A stretch of DNA of 64,000 bases from positions 800,001 to 864,000 of the forward strand of contig CAXRHT010000002.1 in assembly GCA_964230645.1 (NCBI GenBank), read 5' to 3'. The DNA comes from Bdellovibrionales bacterium (lineage in GTDB: Bacteria; Bdellovibrionota; Bdellovibrionia; Bdellovibrionales; JAGQZY01). The notes under the pieces were generated by a model, which saw only the letters and a list, made by a program, of their open reading frames with translations, searched no databases and was not told where the DNA came from. A program made the translations under genes and the position numbers. This document shows, piece after piece, positions 41,658 to 49,900 of the stretch; position 1 is the stretch's first letter, and each line of letters begins with the position of its first letter.

Positions 41658-42791
41658 ATGATTCGTTTTATCCTTACTTTTTTTCTGCTTACGGCTCTTC
41701 TAGGCTGTGCTGACAAAGAAAAAAACAAACCTCGCTCCAAAGAGTGGGCCAACCAAATGCAAAAAACCGCACAGTCGTTTAAAAATCTTGTGCCAGAACT
41801 TTACAGCGAGGAAAGGTTCACAGATAAAAAAAATGCGCCTCTGGTACTCAAAAAAATAAAAAACTACCGAGATAATATTCACGATATTAAAAAGGGAGTC
41901 GCTATTAAACTGCTCGGTGAAGACCCCTATGTGTTAAAAAGTGTGCGAACATTAGAGGATCTTGCCGACAGGGCTCTACGCCTCTACAAAAGAGGAGACC
42001 GAGACAACTCGCGCATCCTTCTAAAGGCAACCACCAATACCTGCTTTAAATGCCACACGAGGCAAAATCTTGGTCCAAAATCTTTGTCTTGGAGTGGATT
42101 TGATCCTGACTCTCACTCGATCAATCCCTTTGAGAAAGCCCAAATGTTTGTGGCTCTTAGGCAGTACGATAAGGCTCAAAAAAACCTAGTCGAGTTTCTT
42201 GAGGAAAAGGAAGCCAAAAAGAGCTTTTCCATGACCTATGACGACGCCCTTACTTACTATCTGATGATATCCTTAAGGGGAGATTCCGATTACTCGAAGA
42301 CTCGTAGATTTCTAAAAGATCGAATTCATTCTACGAAGCTCCCCACCCGCCTGCACTACAAAATCAAGAATTGGGACCAAGACTTAGCCGCTTATGAAAA
42401 GAAAGATTTACCGACTGGAATTCTGGGTGCTAAGGAGGTTTTAAAAAGAAACCGTGAAGCTCATAGTGATAAAAACCTGGTCAATGACCTGATCGCTAGC
42501 CAAATTCTGCACCAGTATTTAATGACAAAACCTATTGGCTCATCCCAAGCCAAGGCTTACTACCTTTTAGGGAAAACCTACGAGGATATCGTTACAGCTG
42601 GTTACTGGAATTTACCTGAGCTCTATTTTGAGCTTTGTATTGACCAGGTCCCGCACTCTAAGCTGGCCCAAAGCTGCTACAAAAGATACCGTGAAAACAT
42701 CGTTCTCGGTTACTCTGGAAGCTCCGGCACCCTCATTCCAGAGGATGAGTACCGCAGACTTAAAACTCTCCGGGAAAAGGCGGCAAACTAA
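41658..42791 (+). CDS. Lipoprotein with c-type heme motif and TPR-like helices
   Basis: LLGC lipobox; CFKCH; AYYLLGK.Y. Confidence 0.7.
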   Translation: MIRFILTFFLLTALLGCADKEKNKPRSKEWANQMQKTAQSFKNLVPELYSEERFTDKKNAPLVLKKIKNYRDNIHDIKKGVAIKLLGEDPYVLKSVRTLEDLADRALRLYKRGDRDNSRILLKATTNTCFKCHTRQNLGPKSLSWSGFDPDSHSINPFEKAQMFVALRQYDKAQKNLVEFLEEKEAKKSFSMTYDDALTYYLMISLRGDSDYSKTRRFLKDRIHSTKLPTRLHYKIKNWDQDLAAYEKKDLPTGILGAKEVLKRNREAHSDKNLVNDLIASQILHQYLMTKPIGSSQAKAYYLLGKTYEDIVTAGYWNLPELYFELCIDQVPHSKLAQSCYKRYRENIVLGYSGSSGTLIPEDEYRRLKTLREKAAN

Positions 42792-42912
42792 GTCTCTTTG
42801 GGTTGCCTCAGAATAGTTCTCTCCAGATCAAGTGAGTTTGATCTAGCCTATTTTTGTTCAAGATATCTTGAACTTTACTAGGTTTTACATTATTCTATGT
42901 TTGGAGGTTTCA

Positions 42913-43320
42913 ATGGCAGCCCGTCAAATATCAAAATTAAGTGTTTACTACGATAGTCTTTGTCCCGTCTGTGACCATGAGATCAATTTCTATAAAAAGA
43001 AAAAGGGGGCGGAAAGAATCCGCTTTGTTGACATCGCTTCCCCCGAGTTCAACGCTCGGGCTGAAGGGTTGGACCCTAAATCCGTACAAAAAGAATTCCA
43101 TGTCAAAAACCAAGCCGGAAAGCTTTTTACCGGCGTAGACGCTTTCGTAGAAATTTGGAAGGAGCTTGGCATCTTCGGAAGAATGGAAAAGGTCTTAAAC
43201 CAGAAAGCCTTAAGACCCATTGTTGACCTTGGCTATCGAGGCTTTGCCTATATCAGACCGTGGCTCAGGAAAGAAGCTCCCCAATGTGAGGGAAATGTCT
43301 GCCGTACAAAGATACCTTAA
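42913..43320 (+). CDS. DCC-family (DUF393) thiol-disulfide oxidoreductase
   Basis: YDSLCPVC, GVDAF..IW; GGAGG RBS. Confidence 0.85.
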   Translation: MAARQISKLSVYYDSLCPVCDHEINFYKKKKGAERIRFVDIASPEFNARAEGLDPKSVQKEFHVKNQAGKLFTGVDAFVEIWKELGIFGRMEKVLNQKALRPIVDLGYRGFAYIRPWLRKEAPQCEGNVCRTKIP

Positions 43321-43506
43321 AACCGGCTCTTTTGAGTACATCTGCTCTTTTTACCATCAATAGAATGAGGCGAAGGCTATTAGAGAATCGATGAGTCTGT
43401 AAAACCTAAAAAGAGATCAAAAAATTTTTCAATTCAATAAAACATTATTCCCGTATGTGTGGATTGGTGAGATACCCGGGCTCTCATTAAACCTTAAGGA
43501 GAAATA

Positions 43507-43980
43507 ATGAAAACGATATTAGCAACTCTTTGCTTATGTTTATATGCCACTGGTGCTTTTGCCAACGACGGTGGAATGGCCTACATCGACGTTCAAGGTG
43601 TAAACCCTAAAGAAAAAGCCCAAGATGGAACGACGATTGAATTTTACGGAAAAGACGCGGCTAACTTTATGCGCTTACTTCCAGGCTACTCTAGCGTTGA
43701 GTACAGCATGCTTCCAGAGAATGTTTCTAAACTTCTTCAAGACAACGAGCGTGGAGTGGCGTTGATCAGTAACGGATGGACTCTTATGTTTAACTGTCGT
43801 GCCGGAAAAATTGAGTACAATGGCGACTACAGTAACCCTAATAACGGTCAGTTTGTTAGCCAAGAGCCTTCTTGTACTATTTCCCTCAATAAAAACCATG
43901 ATCCTGAGTGGAAATACGAGCAACTTGGTGATGCTTTCGAAATGGAGCCAAAAAACTATTCAAACATGTGTCAACAATAA
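43507..43980 (+). CDS. Secreted hypothetical protein
   Basis: Signal peptide (AFA), AAGGAG RBS. Confidence 0.75.
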   Translation: MKTILATLCLCLYATGAFANDGGMAYIDVQGVNPKEKAQDGTTIEFYGKDAANFMRLLPGYSSVEYSMLPENVSKLLQDNERGVALISNGWTLMFNCRAGKIEYNGDYSNPNNGQFVSQEPSCTISLNKNHDPEWKYEQLGDAFEMEPKNYSNMCQQ

Positions 43981-44004
43981 GCTGACAGTGATTATAAATT
44001 CTGT

Positions 44005-44319
44005 TTGAATAAAACAATGCAAAGTTTAATTCAAAGTAAAAAAGGGTTAACTCTTATAGTGTTGACCCTTTTTTTTGCTCTCTCCTACTTCTCAAATTAC
44101 AACTTGATCAGCCCCTATGAGATGAATTTCGATATCGCCACAATGCTCACTCCCTACGGCATTTCAAAGCATTATCTATTGCAAGACACTTACCTTACAA
44201 AATTCTTCGGAGAATCCACCCTGAGAGAGTCTGCCTTTAGCCGACTTTCATTCACGATAACTTTTGTTCTACTCCACCTTATGACGTGGACTCTGATCTT
44301 AAGGCTAAGAAAAAAATGA
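44005..44319 (+). CDS. Small membrane protein
   Basis: Two hydrophobic segments; overlaps the next gene. Confidence 0.55.
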   Translation: MNKTMQSLIQSKKGLTLIVLTLFFALSYFSNYNLISPYEMNFDIATMLTPYGISKHYLLQDTYLTKFFGESTLRESAFSRLSFTITFVLLHLMTWTLILRLRKK

Positions 44320-44672
44320 CCTGGGCCTCTTACTCCTATATTTTTCTACAATCAAACTTTTTAGAGATCCCCTTATACCTATATTTCTATCACCAATTCC
44401 TAAAAACCCGCTACAGCCTCACCGACCAAGTTTTACTAGTCACTCTCAGCAACCTCATCACTCATCCCATAGTCTTCTTCATAATAATGGCCCTTCCCTT
44501 TTCATTCTTAACAAATATCCTACTCGCTGAGTCCTTCGCAATATTAGGTGAATATCTCATCCACCGAAAACTCCTAAATCTCCCTAAAAAAACCGTTCTA
44601 AAAGCCTCAATCACCTCCAACCTATTCTCCTGGCAGCTAGCCCCCATCCTGACCTACGCGATATTCTACTAA
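44316..44672 (+). CDS. Membrane protein
   Basis: Hydrophobic; SNLITHP, AE.FA..GE, SNL.SW motifs; ATGA overlap. Confidence 0.65.
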   Translation: MTWASYSYIFLQSNFLEIPLYLYFYHQFLKTRYSLTDQVLLVTLSNLITHPIVFFIIMALPFSFLTNILLAESFAILGEYLIHRKLLNLPKKTVLKASITSNLFSWQLAPILTYAIFY

Positions 44673-44685
44673 ATGTACAAATCAA

Positions 44686-44865
44686 CCACCGCTAGTTCGT
44701 GGTTCGTAGAAATATTTAAAAGCTTGTGGTGTAGGTTCGAGCAACGAGCGCTGCGTATCTTGCAAGGTAGCACGCAGTGATACCTTGCGGGAGACGAAGT
44801 GCACCCGAGTGCGTGCCTGCACCACAAGCTTTTAAATATTTCTACGAACCACGAACTAGCGGTGG
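44686..44865 (+). repeat. Hairpin element copy 2: 51-bp inverted arms plus conserved 78-nt core
   Basis: Arms 44686-44736 / 44815-44865 (49 Watson-Crick plus 2 G-T). Confidence 0.92.
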
Positions 44866-44980
44866 CCCCGGCCTCAAAATTTTACAGGATACTGCATTTT
44901 CAGTTGTCAAAACTTTAGACAGCGTAATTTGTTAATTTCCCTTGAGAATTTAAAACCTTCGATCTGAGCTCGGTTCTTTT

Positions 44981-44996
44981 TGGAACAGCCCTTGCA
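44981..44996 (+). promoter_or_regulatory. Sigma54 (-24/-12) promoter
   Basis: TGGAAC-N5-TTGCA (GG-N10-GC). Confidence 0.6.
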
Positions 44997-45035
44997 ATTT
45001 AATTGGGTGGAAACTTAATGGAGGACATAGAAATT

Positions 45036-45440
45036 ATGGACCACAATCCTTTTGTAACGAGAAATAACGATCTGTTTATTACCTACTTCAGCGGTGTTGG
45101 GACCATGGTTATCAATCAATATGTTTTAGATTTAAGTGTTCAAGCACAGTTCCTTATGGTCTTGTCCCTGGGTTTTATGGCAGGCCTTTTTATGAACTAT
45201 TTTTATCAATCTCTTGAGTGGGCCTTGTTTTTTGCTCTCGGCATTCAAACAGTCACACTCGGACCGGTTGTTTTAAATGTTGCCACTGGCGAAGGAAGCT
45301 TCGCCACTCTAATCAGAATCGCTTTTGAATCTGGGCACTATACGGGCTTTCTACTCACCTCTTGGATCATTGCTATTCCACTTGGTTTTATGCTGCAAAA
45401 GCTCATCATGAGTGATTATTACCGACGAACTCTTTTCTAA
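45036..45440 (+). CDS. Small 4-TM membrane protein
   Basis: GGAGG RBS before ATG 45036; hydrophobic. Confidence 0.7.
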   Translation: MDHNPFVTRNNDLFITYFSGVGTMVINQYVLDLSVQAQFLMVLSLGFMAGLFMNYFYQSLEWALFFALGIQTVTLGPVVLNVATGEGSFATLIRIAFESGHYTGFLLTSWIIAIPLGFMLQKLIMSDYYRRTLF

Positions 45441-45570
45441 GAGAGGCTACTAATTCATTTAAAGCCTTGAATACTGTCTCATATCAAGACGACTGTCGGC
45501 CGTATATTGTCGCCGGTGACTTTCCTCGTCCCACAAAATTCTTCCTAATGGCGTTATTTTTTATTTGAGC

Positions 45571-45586
45571 TGGCATTAGCCTTGCT
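45571..45586 (+). promoter_or_regulatory. Sigma54 (-24/-12) promoter
   Basis: TGGCAT-N5-TTGCT (GG-N10-GC). Confidence 0.6.
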
Positions 45587-45613
45587 CCTTATAAGGGTGT
45601 GAAAGGCACCAAT

Positions 45614-46024
45614 ATGTATAATAAAAACAAAGATCTTATTCTACTTAGTTTTTTTGGCTTTATTTACTACGCCATCGTCGTGGGAATGAACGGTCACTTA
45701 ACCAAGGTTCCACTTGGAGAGTACTTCCTCGTTCCTTTTCTAACCTCTATATTTTTAGGGATGTCGATTTCAAGATCAAGTCAGATGCTAGAATGGCCTC
45801 TATGTTTTCTCTTTGGAGGAACTATAGGTTCTATGACGATCATGTTTGTTTTAAGTCTACTAGGAATGAACTTTAATCTTATGACTGTGGCCTACACAAT
45901 CAGTAACACCTTTGCTTGGTTTGGTGTGGTTTCAGCCATGATTCTTATAGGAATTCTAATCGGCGCTTTTTTAAAGGCCAGTTACAATCTTGTGCTTGGC
46001 TCTCTTCGCATGAACTTTGACTAA
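45614..46024 (+). CDS. Small 4-TM membrane protein
   Basis: Hydrophobic; layout similar to the preceding gene. Confidence 0.65.
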   Translation: MYNKNKDLILLSFFGFIYYAIVVGMNGHLTKVPLGEYFLVPFLTSIFLGMSISRSSQMLEWPLCFLFGGTIGSMTIMFVLSLLGMNFNLMTVAYTISNTFAWFGVVSAMILIGILIGAFLKASYNLVLGSLRMNFD

Positions 46025-47379
46025 AGACCGTCTAATTCTTTTTTTCTAAAACGATAGAATAAAAGAATGTAAACCAAACAGCTTGCAAAGTTTGATGAAA
46101 ACAAAGCATACATCGCGGAATTCTCGATACTGAGAGCTTCGAATATCAGATAGAACAATACAAAGAGAACAAAGGTTCTTAGTGCTATCGGGAGCATGCC
46201 CCAAAGAGGTTTCCCAACAGCATTGAAGCTTGCCGAAATCACAATGACAAAAGAATAACCCACAAGAGACCACCCTACCCATTTCAAGTAGAAAATCGAA
46301 TATTCAATGGCTGTTTGGTCATCGGTAAAGAGGTGACTAATCTCTTCACCAAAAAGGAAAAGAATAAGCCCCTGCAAAACACCAACGAGAAGGCAAAAAA
46401 CAGTAGAAAACTGCAAGATTGAAATAAGACGCTGCTTTTTCTTGCGCCCAAAATTCTGACCCACCATCGGCCCTAGCCCCGCAGAAAGAGCTAAAACAGG
46501 GAGCATGGCAAAAGTTTGCACTTTTGAAGCGATACCGAATCCTGCTACAAATTTCGTTGATTCTAGTGCAATGAGGTAATTAAACAAAGTTAAGGACAAG
46601 GGATTCAAGGCATTGCCGAAAGCGGCGGGTATCCCAATTTTAAAAATATCTGAAACAGCACTAATGGGAAAAAGTTTAAATACTTTGCCTAAATCAATAA
46701 AGCGAAACTTAAGAGCAAAAACAATCTCAACAGCCATGGCTATAAAATTAGCGAGCAAGGTTGCAAGCCCGGCGCCGGCAATACCTAATTCAGGAAAACC
46801 ATACCAACCAAAAATCAGAAAAGGATCTAGGATAAAGTTAAGGCCGGCTGTGGTCAGTATGGCAAAACTCGGGACCTTGGTGATTCCATGGGCTTTAAAA
46901 GTTCCTGAAAGACACACAGAGATCATGCGAAAGCCCATTGCCGGATAGGCCCACACCATATAGTCTTTTATAAATGGAAGGCTTTCTTCCCCGGCTCCTA
47001 AAAGTCGAAAAAGAGGATAAACACTAAGAGCACCTAAAAGTGAAACAAGGCTGGCTATAAGAACCACTAAAGTGAAAGTCTGAGTTCCAATGCTTCGCAC
47101 TTTTTCTACTTCATTTTGACCAAGGAGTCTTGAGAGTACGGATGTAAGCCCGATACTAAGCCCTATAGAGAGATTCAATAGAGTCAAGACCACAGGAAAT
47201 GAAAAGGAAATCGCTGTTAACTGCTCAACACCCAATTGACCAATGAAATAAGTATCAACAAGGTTAAAGGACATATTGGCTAGAATCCCAATGAACATAG
47301 GCCAACAGAGTCGTAGTAAATCTTTTGTAATTGAGCCTTGAGTGAGATCGAAGCTGGCCGAACTTTCTTTAACCGCCAA
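46021..47379 (-). CDS. MATE family efflux transporter
   Basis: DLTQGSI, LVDTYFIGQLG, NFILDPFLIFG..PELGIAGAGLAT. Confidence 0.92.
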   Translation of the reverse strand: MAVKESSASFDLTQGSITKDLLRLCWPMFIGILANMSFNLVDTYFIGQLGVEQLTAISFSFPVVLTLLNLSIGLSIGLTSVLSRLLGQNEVEKVRSIGTQTFTLVVLIASLVSLLGALSVYPLFRLLGAGEESLPFIKDYMVWAYPAMGFRMISVCLSGTFKAHGITKVPSFAILTTAGLNFILDPFLIFGWYGFPELGIAGAGLATLLANFIAMAVEIVFALKFRFIDLGKVFKLFPISAVSDIFKIGIPAAFGNALNPLSLTLFNYLIALESTKFVAGFGIASKVQTFAMLPVLALSAGLGPMVGQNFGRKKKQRLISILQFSTVFCLLVGVLQGLILFLFGEEISHLFTDDQTAIEYSIFYLKWVGWSLVGYSFVIVISASFNAVGKPLWGMLPIALRTFVLFVLFYLIFEALSIENSAMYALFSSNFASCLVYILLFYRFRKKELDGL

Positions 47380-47381
47380 TT

Positions 47382-47768
47382 TTAGTCTTGCCCGTCTTTG
47401 ATTTGTTGTTGCCTCATAGGCATAGAGTCTATTTCTGCAAAAACTTTTTTTAATTCAACCGGCTTATTATAGGTGGCCTTGATACCGCCATCTTTTCCAA
47501 TAAGGTGGGCTTTAAACTCACCGGCCTTGAATTTGAAATCCTGTGCTTCATCCTCGCAGCCTTTTTCTTTAAAAACCAAAAGAAGGTCACGCTCTTTAGC
47601 TCCCCTCTCTTCCTTCTTAAACTTCTGTTTCTGGCTATTGAGGTCTTCGCTACTCGATTTTTGGTTCACGACAAGGACTCGATTTTTCCAAAGATATTTT
47701 TTCATAGAACAGGCCTGGCTATAAGAAGAGAGAAAAAAAGATAAGGTTATAATACTGATAATCTTCAT
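47382..47768 (-). CDS. DUF4174 family secreted protein
   Basis: WKNRVLVV, LIGKDGGIK, IDSMPMRQ. Confidence 0.85.
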   Translation of the reverse strand: MKIISIITLSFFLSSYSQACSMKKYLWKNRVLVVNQKSSSEDLNSQKQKFKKEERGAKERDLLLVFKEKGCEDEAQDFKFKAGEFKAHLIGKDGGIKATYNKPVELKKVFAEIDSMPMRQQQIKDGQD

Positions 47769-47873
47769 CGCGCCAGACTATCGCAAAAGGCAGCCAGGAG
47801 ACAAGGTTGAAGACTCTTTGGGAAGCTAGCTTCTTTATATTTGTAGAAAACTAAACAGTCCCATAGTGCCGAT

Positions 47874-48773
47874 TTAGAATTTATAAACCTCTTTAGCTGC
47901 CCTGTAGGTGTTGACATAGGCCTCTACGGAATCATCAATCGGATTGGAGTAGCCACCCCCAATTCCCATGGAGATCGGAATACCTAGTCGATGAAAGTAG
48001 GAGAAGACCATTTCGTCTCGTTTTTTAAGGCCCTCAAAACTGAGATCAAGGCGGCCAAGTTTATCTGTTTTCAATCCGTCCACTCCCGCTTGATAAAGCA
48101 CAATATCGGGATGGAAAGCCGCAAGCCGTGGCAGAGTTTCACTCAGTGCTTGCAAATATTGCTCATCATTACAGTGATCGGGCAATGGAACATCGAGATC
48201 ACTTTCATATTTTCTGAAGGGGAAGTTCTTTTCACCATGAAGACTAGCAACAAACACATTAGGATTGTTCCTTAATAAGGAAGCATTGCCATCTCCTTGG
48301 TGCACATCTAGATCAAGTATTGCCACCCGGTCCACAAGACCTTCTGCGAGCAATTTTATAGAAGCCACTGCAAAATCGTTAAATATACAGTAACCCATAC
48401 CGTAGTCATAGTGAGCATGATGGGTCCCTCCGGCGAGTTGTCCAGAAATACCATTATCAAGGGCTGATCGCGCTGAAGCTATGGCCCCACCGATGGTGGC
48501 TTGAGTGCGTTTAACTAAAAAGTGACTCCAGGGAAAACCAATGCGTTTCATCTTCTGGGACTTTAAAGTTCCGTTGAAAAAATCCTGAATGTACTCTTTG
48601 TTATGAACCAACCCAATCTCTTCAGGCGTGGCTAGAGGGGATTCAAAAAGCCATTCCGACTTTAACAGTTTCTCGCGAATCAGAGCTTCTCGAAGCTTTC
48701 CATATTTGTCGCCTGGGAAACGGTGTTTTTCAGGAAGAGGAATATTAAAGGTGTCAGGGTAATAAAACTTCAC
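47874..48773 (-). CDS. Histone-deacetylase-family amidohydrolase
   Basis: HRFP, GGTHHA, DLDVHQGDG, GGGY. Confidence 0.92.
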   Translation of the reverse strand: MKFYYPDTFNIPLPEKHRFPGDKYGKLREALIREKLLKSEWLFESPLATPEEIGLVHNKEYIQDFFNGTLKSQKMKRIGFPWSHFLVKRTQATIGGAIASARSALDNGISGQLAGGTHHAHYDYGMGYCIFNDFAVASIKLLAEGLVDRVAILDLDVHQGDGNASLLRNNPNVFVASLHGEKNFPFRKYESDLDVPLPDHCNDEQYLQALSETLPRLAAFHPDIVLYQAGVDGLKTDKLGRLDLSFEGLKKRDEMVFSYFHRLGIPISMGIGGGYSNPIDDSVEAYVNTYRAAKEVYKF

Positions 48774-48824
48774 GGCTTCTTTTAACTTACTTATCTAAGC
48801 TCTCCAAGAAACAATTGGCTACAG

Positions 48825-49271
48825 TTATTGAGACTTTACAAAGCTTGAGAGGTCGACGGTAAAATAAAAGCCTCCATCAGCAACCTCTTCAGGGTTATCA
48901 AAATAGAAATATGTTCTACTAGCCTTCGCTTTGGGGACTTTTCTTTTTACGACGACAGGTTTACCAGATCTGTTGGAGTGGATTTTAGTCACCTTCAAAA
49001 CTTTACCGTGAGGGTACTTTTTGTGCCAAATCAACTCTCGAAAGCTCTGCTTTTCTGAGTCCGCCGGCTTTTCAAGCTCTATCTGCCATCCATCCGCTTT
49101 TTTAATTTCGGAGAGAGTCACAAGGTAATTTTCATCTTGCTCTACCACCTTCACCTTTAGCAGGTGGCCTGCTTTCACCTTCGGAGTTACGCGGACGAAC
49201 TGACTAAACCGACACCAGCCTTGGCAAGATAGAAAAATTAAAATGGCAGAAAACATAAGACTCTTTTTCAT
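48825..49271 (-). CDS. Secreted hypothetical protein (tandem paralog A)
   Basis: Close paralog of 49395-49847. Confidence 0.8.
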   Translation of the reverse strand: MKKSLMFSAILIFLSCQGWCRFSQFVRVTPKVKAGHLLKVKVVEQDENYLVTLSEIKKADGWQIELEKPADSEKQSFRELIWHKKYPHGKVLKVTKIHSNRSGKPVVVKRKVPKAKASRTYFYFDNPEEVADGGFYFTVDLSSFVKSQ

Positions 49272-49394
49272 AATTTTTTCTCGCTCACCCTTAATATATT
49301 GAAGGTACCAATGAGGTAAAAATACACGATCACTACTCGCTCGCTTTCCTATGATCACAAAGTTTCAACTATTCGCAGCCTTCGGCCTCTTGAG

Positions 49395-49847
49395 CTACTC
49401 AGGTTTTACAAAACTCGAAAGGTCCACTGTGAAATAAAACCCACCATCCATGATCATTGTAGGGTAATCAAAGTATAAATAAGTACTTTTAACCTTGGTT
49501 TTCGAAACCTTTATCTTCAGGACCTTGGTAGATCCTTTTTCGCTCGTCAATATTTCGCTCTTCTTAACAACCTTAGCGTAAGGATAATGATCGCTCCAAA
49601 TCAGTTCACGAAAATTTTGGTGATCGGGTGTGACAGACTTATCAAGTTCAATTTGCCAGCCGTTAGATTTCTTTATCTCAGATAGTGTAATGAGGTAATT
49701 ATCGCCCTGTTCTTCTACTCTAACCTTTAAAAGGTGGTCTGATTTAACTTTTGGAGTCACTCGGACAAACTGACTAAAAATTGCCCACCCACTACAAGAA
49801 AGTAACATTATGAAAATAAAAAAAAAGAGACTCTTTTTCACAAACAA
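49395..49847 (-). CDS. Secreted hypothetical protein (tandem paralog B)
   Basis: Shares FSQFVRVTPKVK and DGGFYFTVDLSSFVK with paralog A. Confidence 0.8.
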   Translation of the reverse strand: MFVKKSLFFFIFIMLLSCSGWAIFSQFVRVTPKVKSDHLLKVRVEEQGDNYLITLSEIKKSNGWQIELDKSVTPDHQNFRELIWSDHYPYAKVVKKSEILTSEKGSTKVLKIKVSKTKVKSTYLYFDYPTMIMDGGFYFTVDLSSFVKPE

Positions 49848-49900
49848 TCCTATTATGAAGCCCGGTCGACCCTCCTCCTGGTATCGACCTTCGAAACGAT

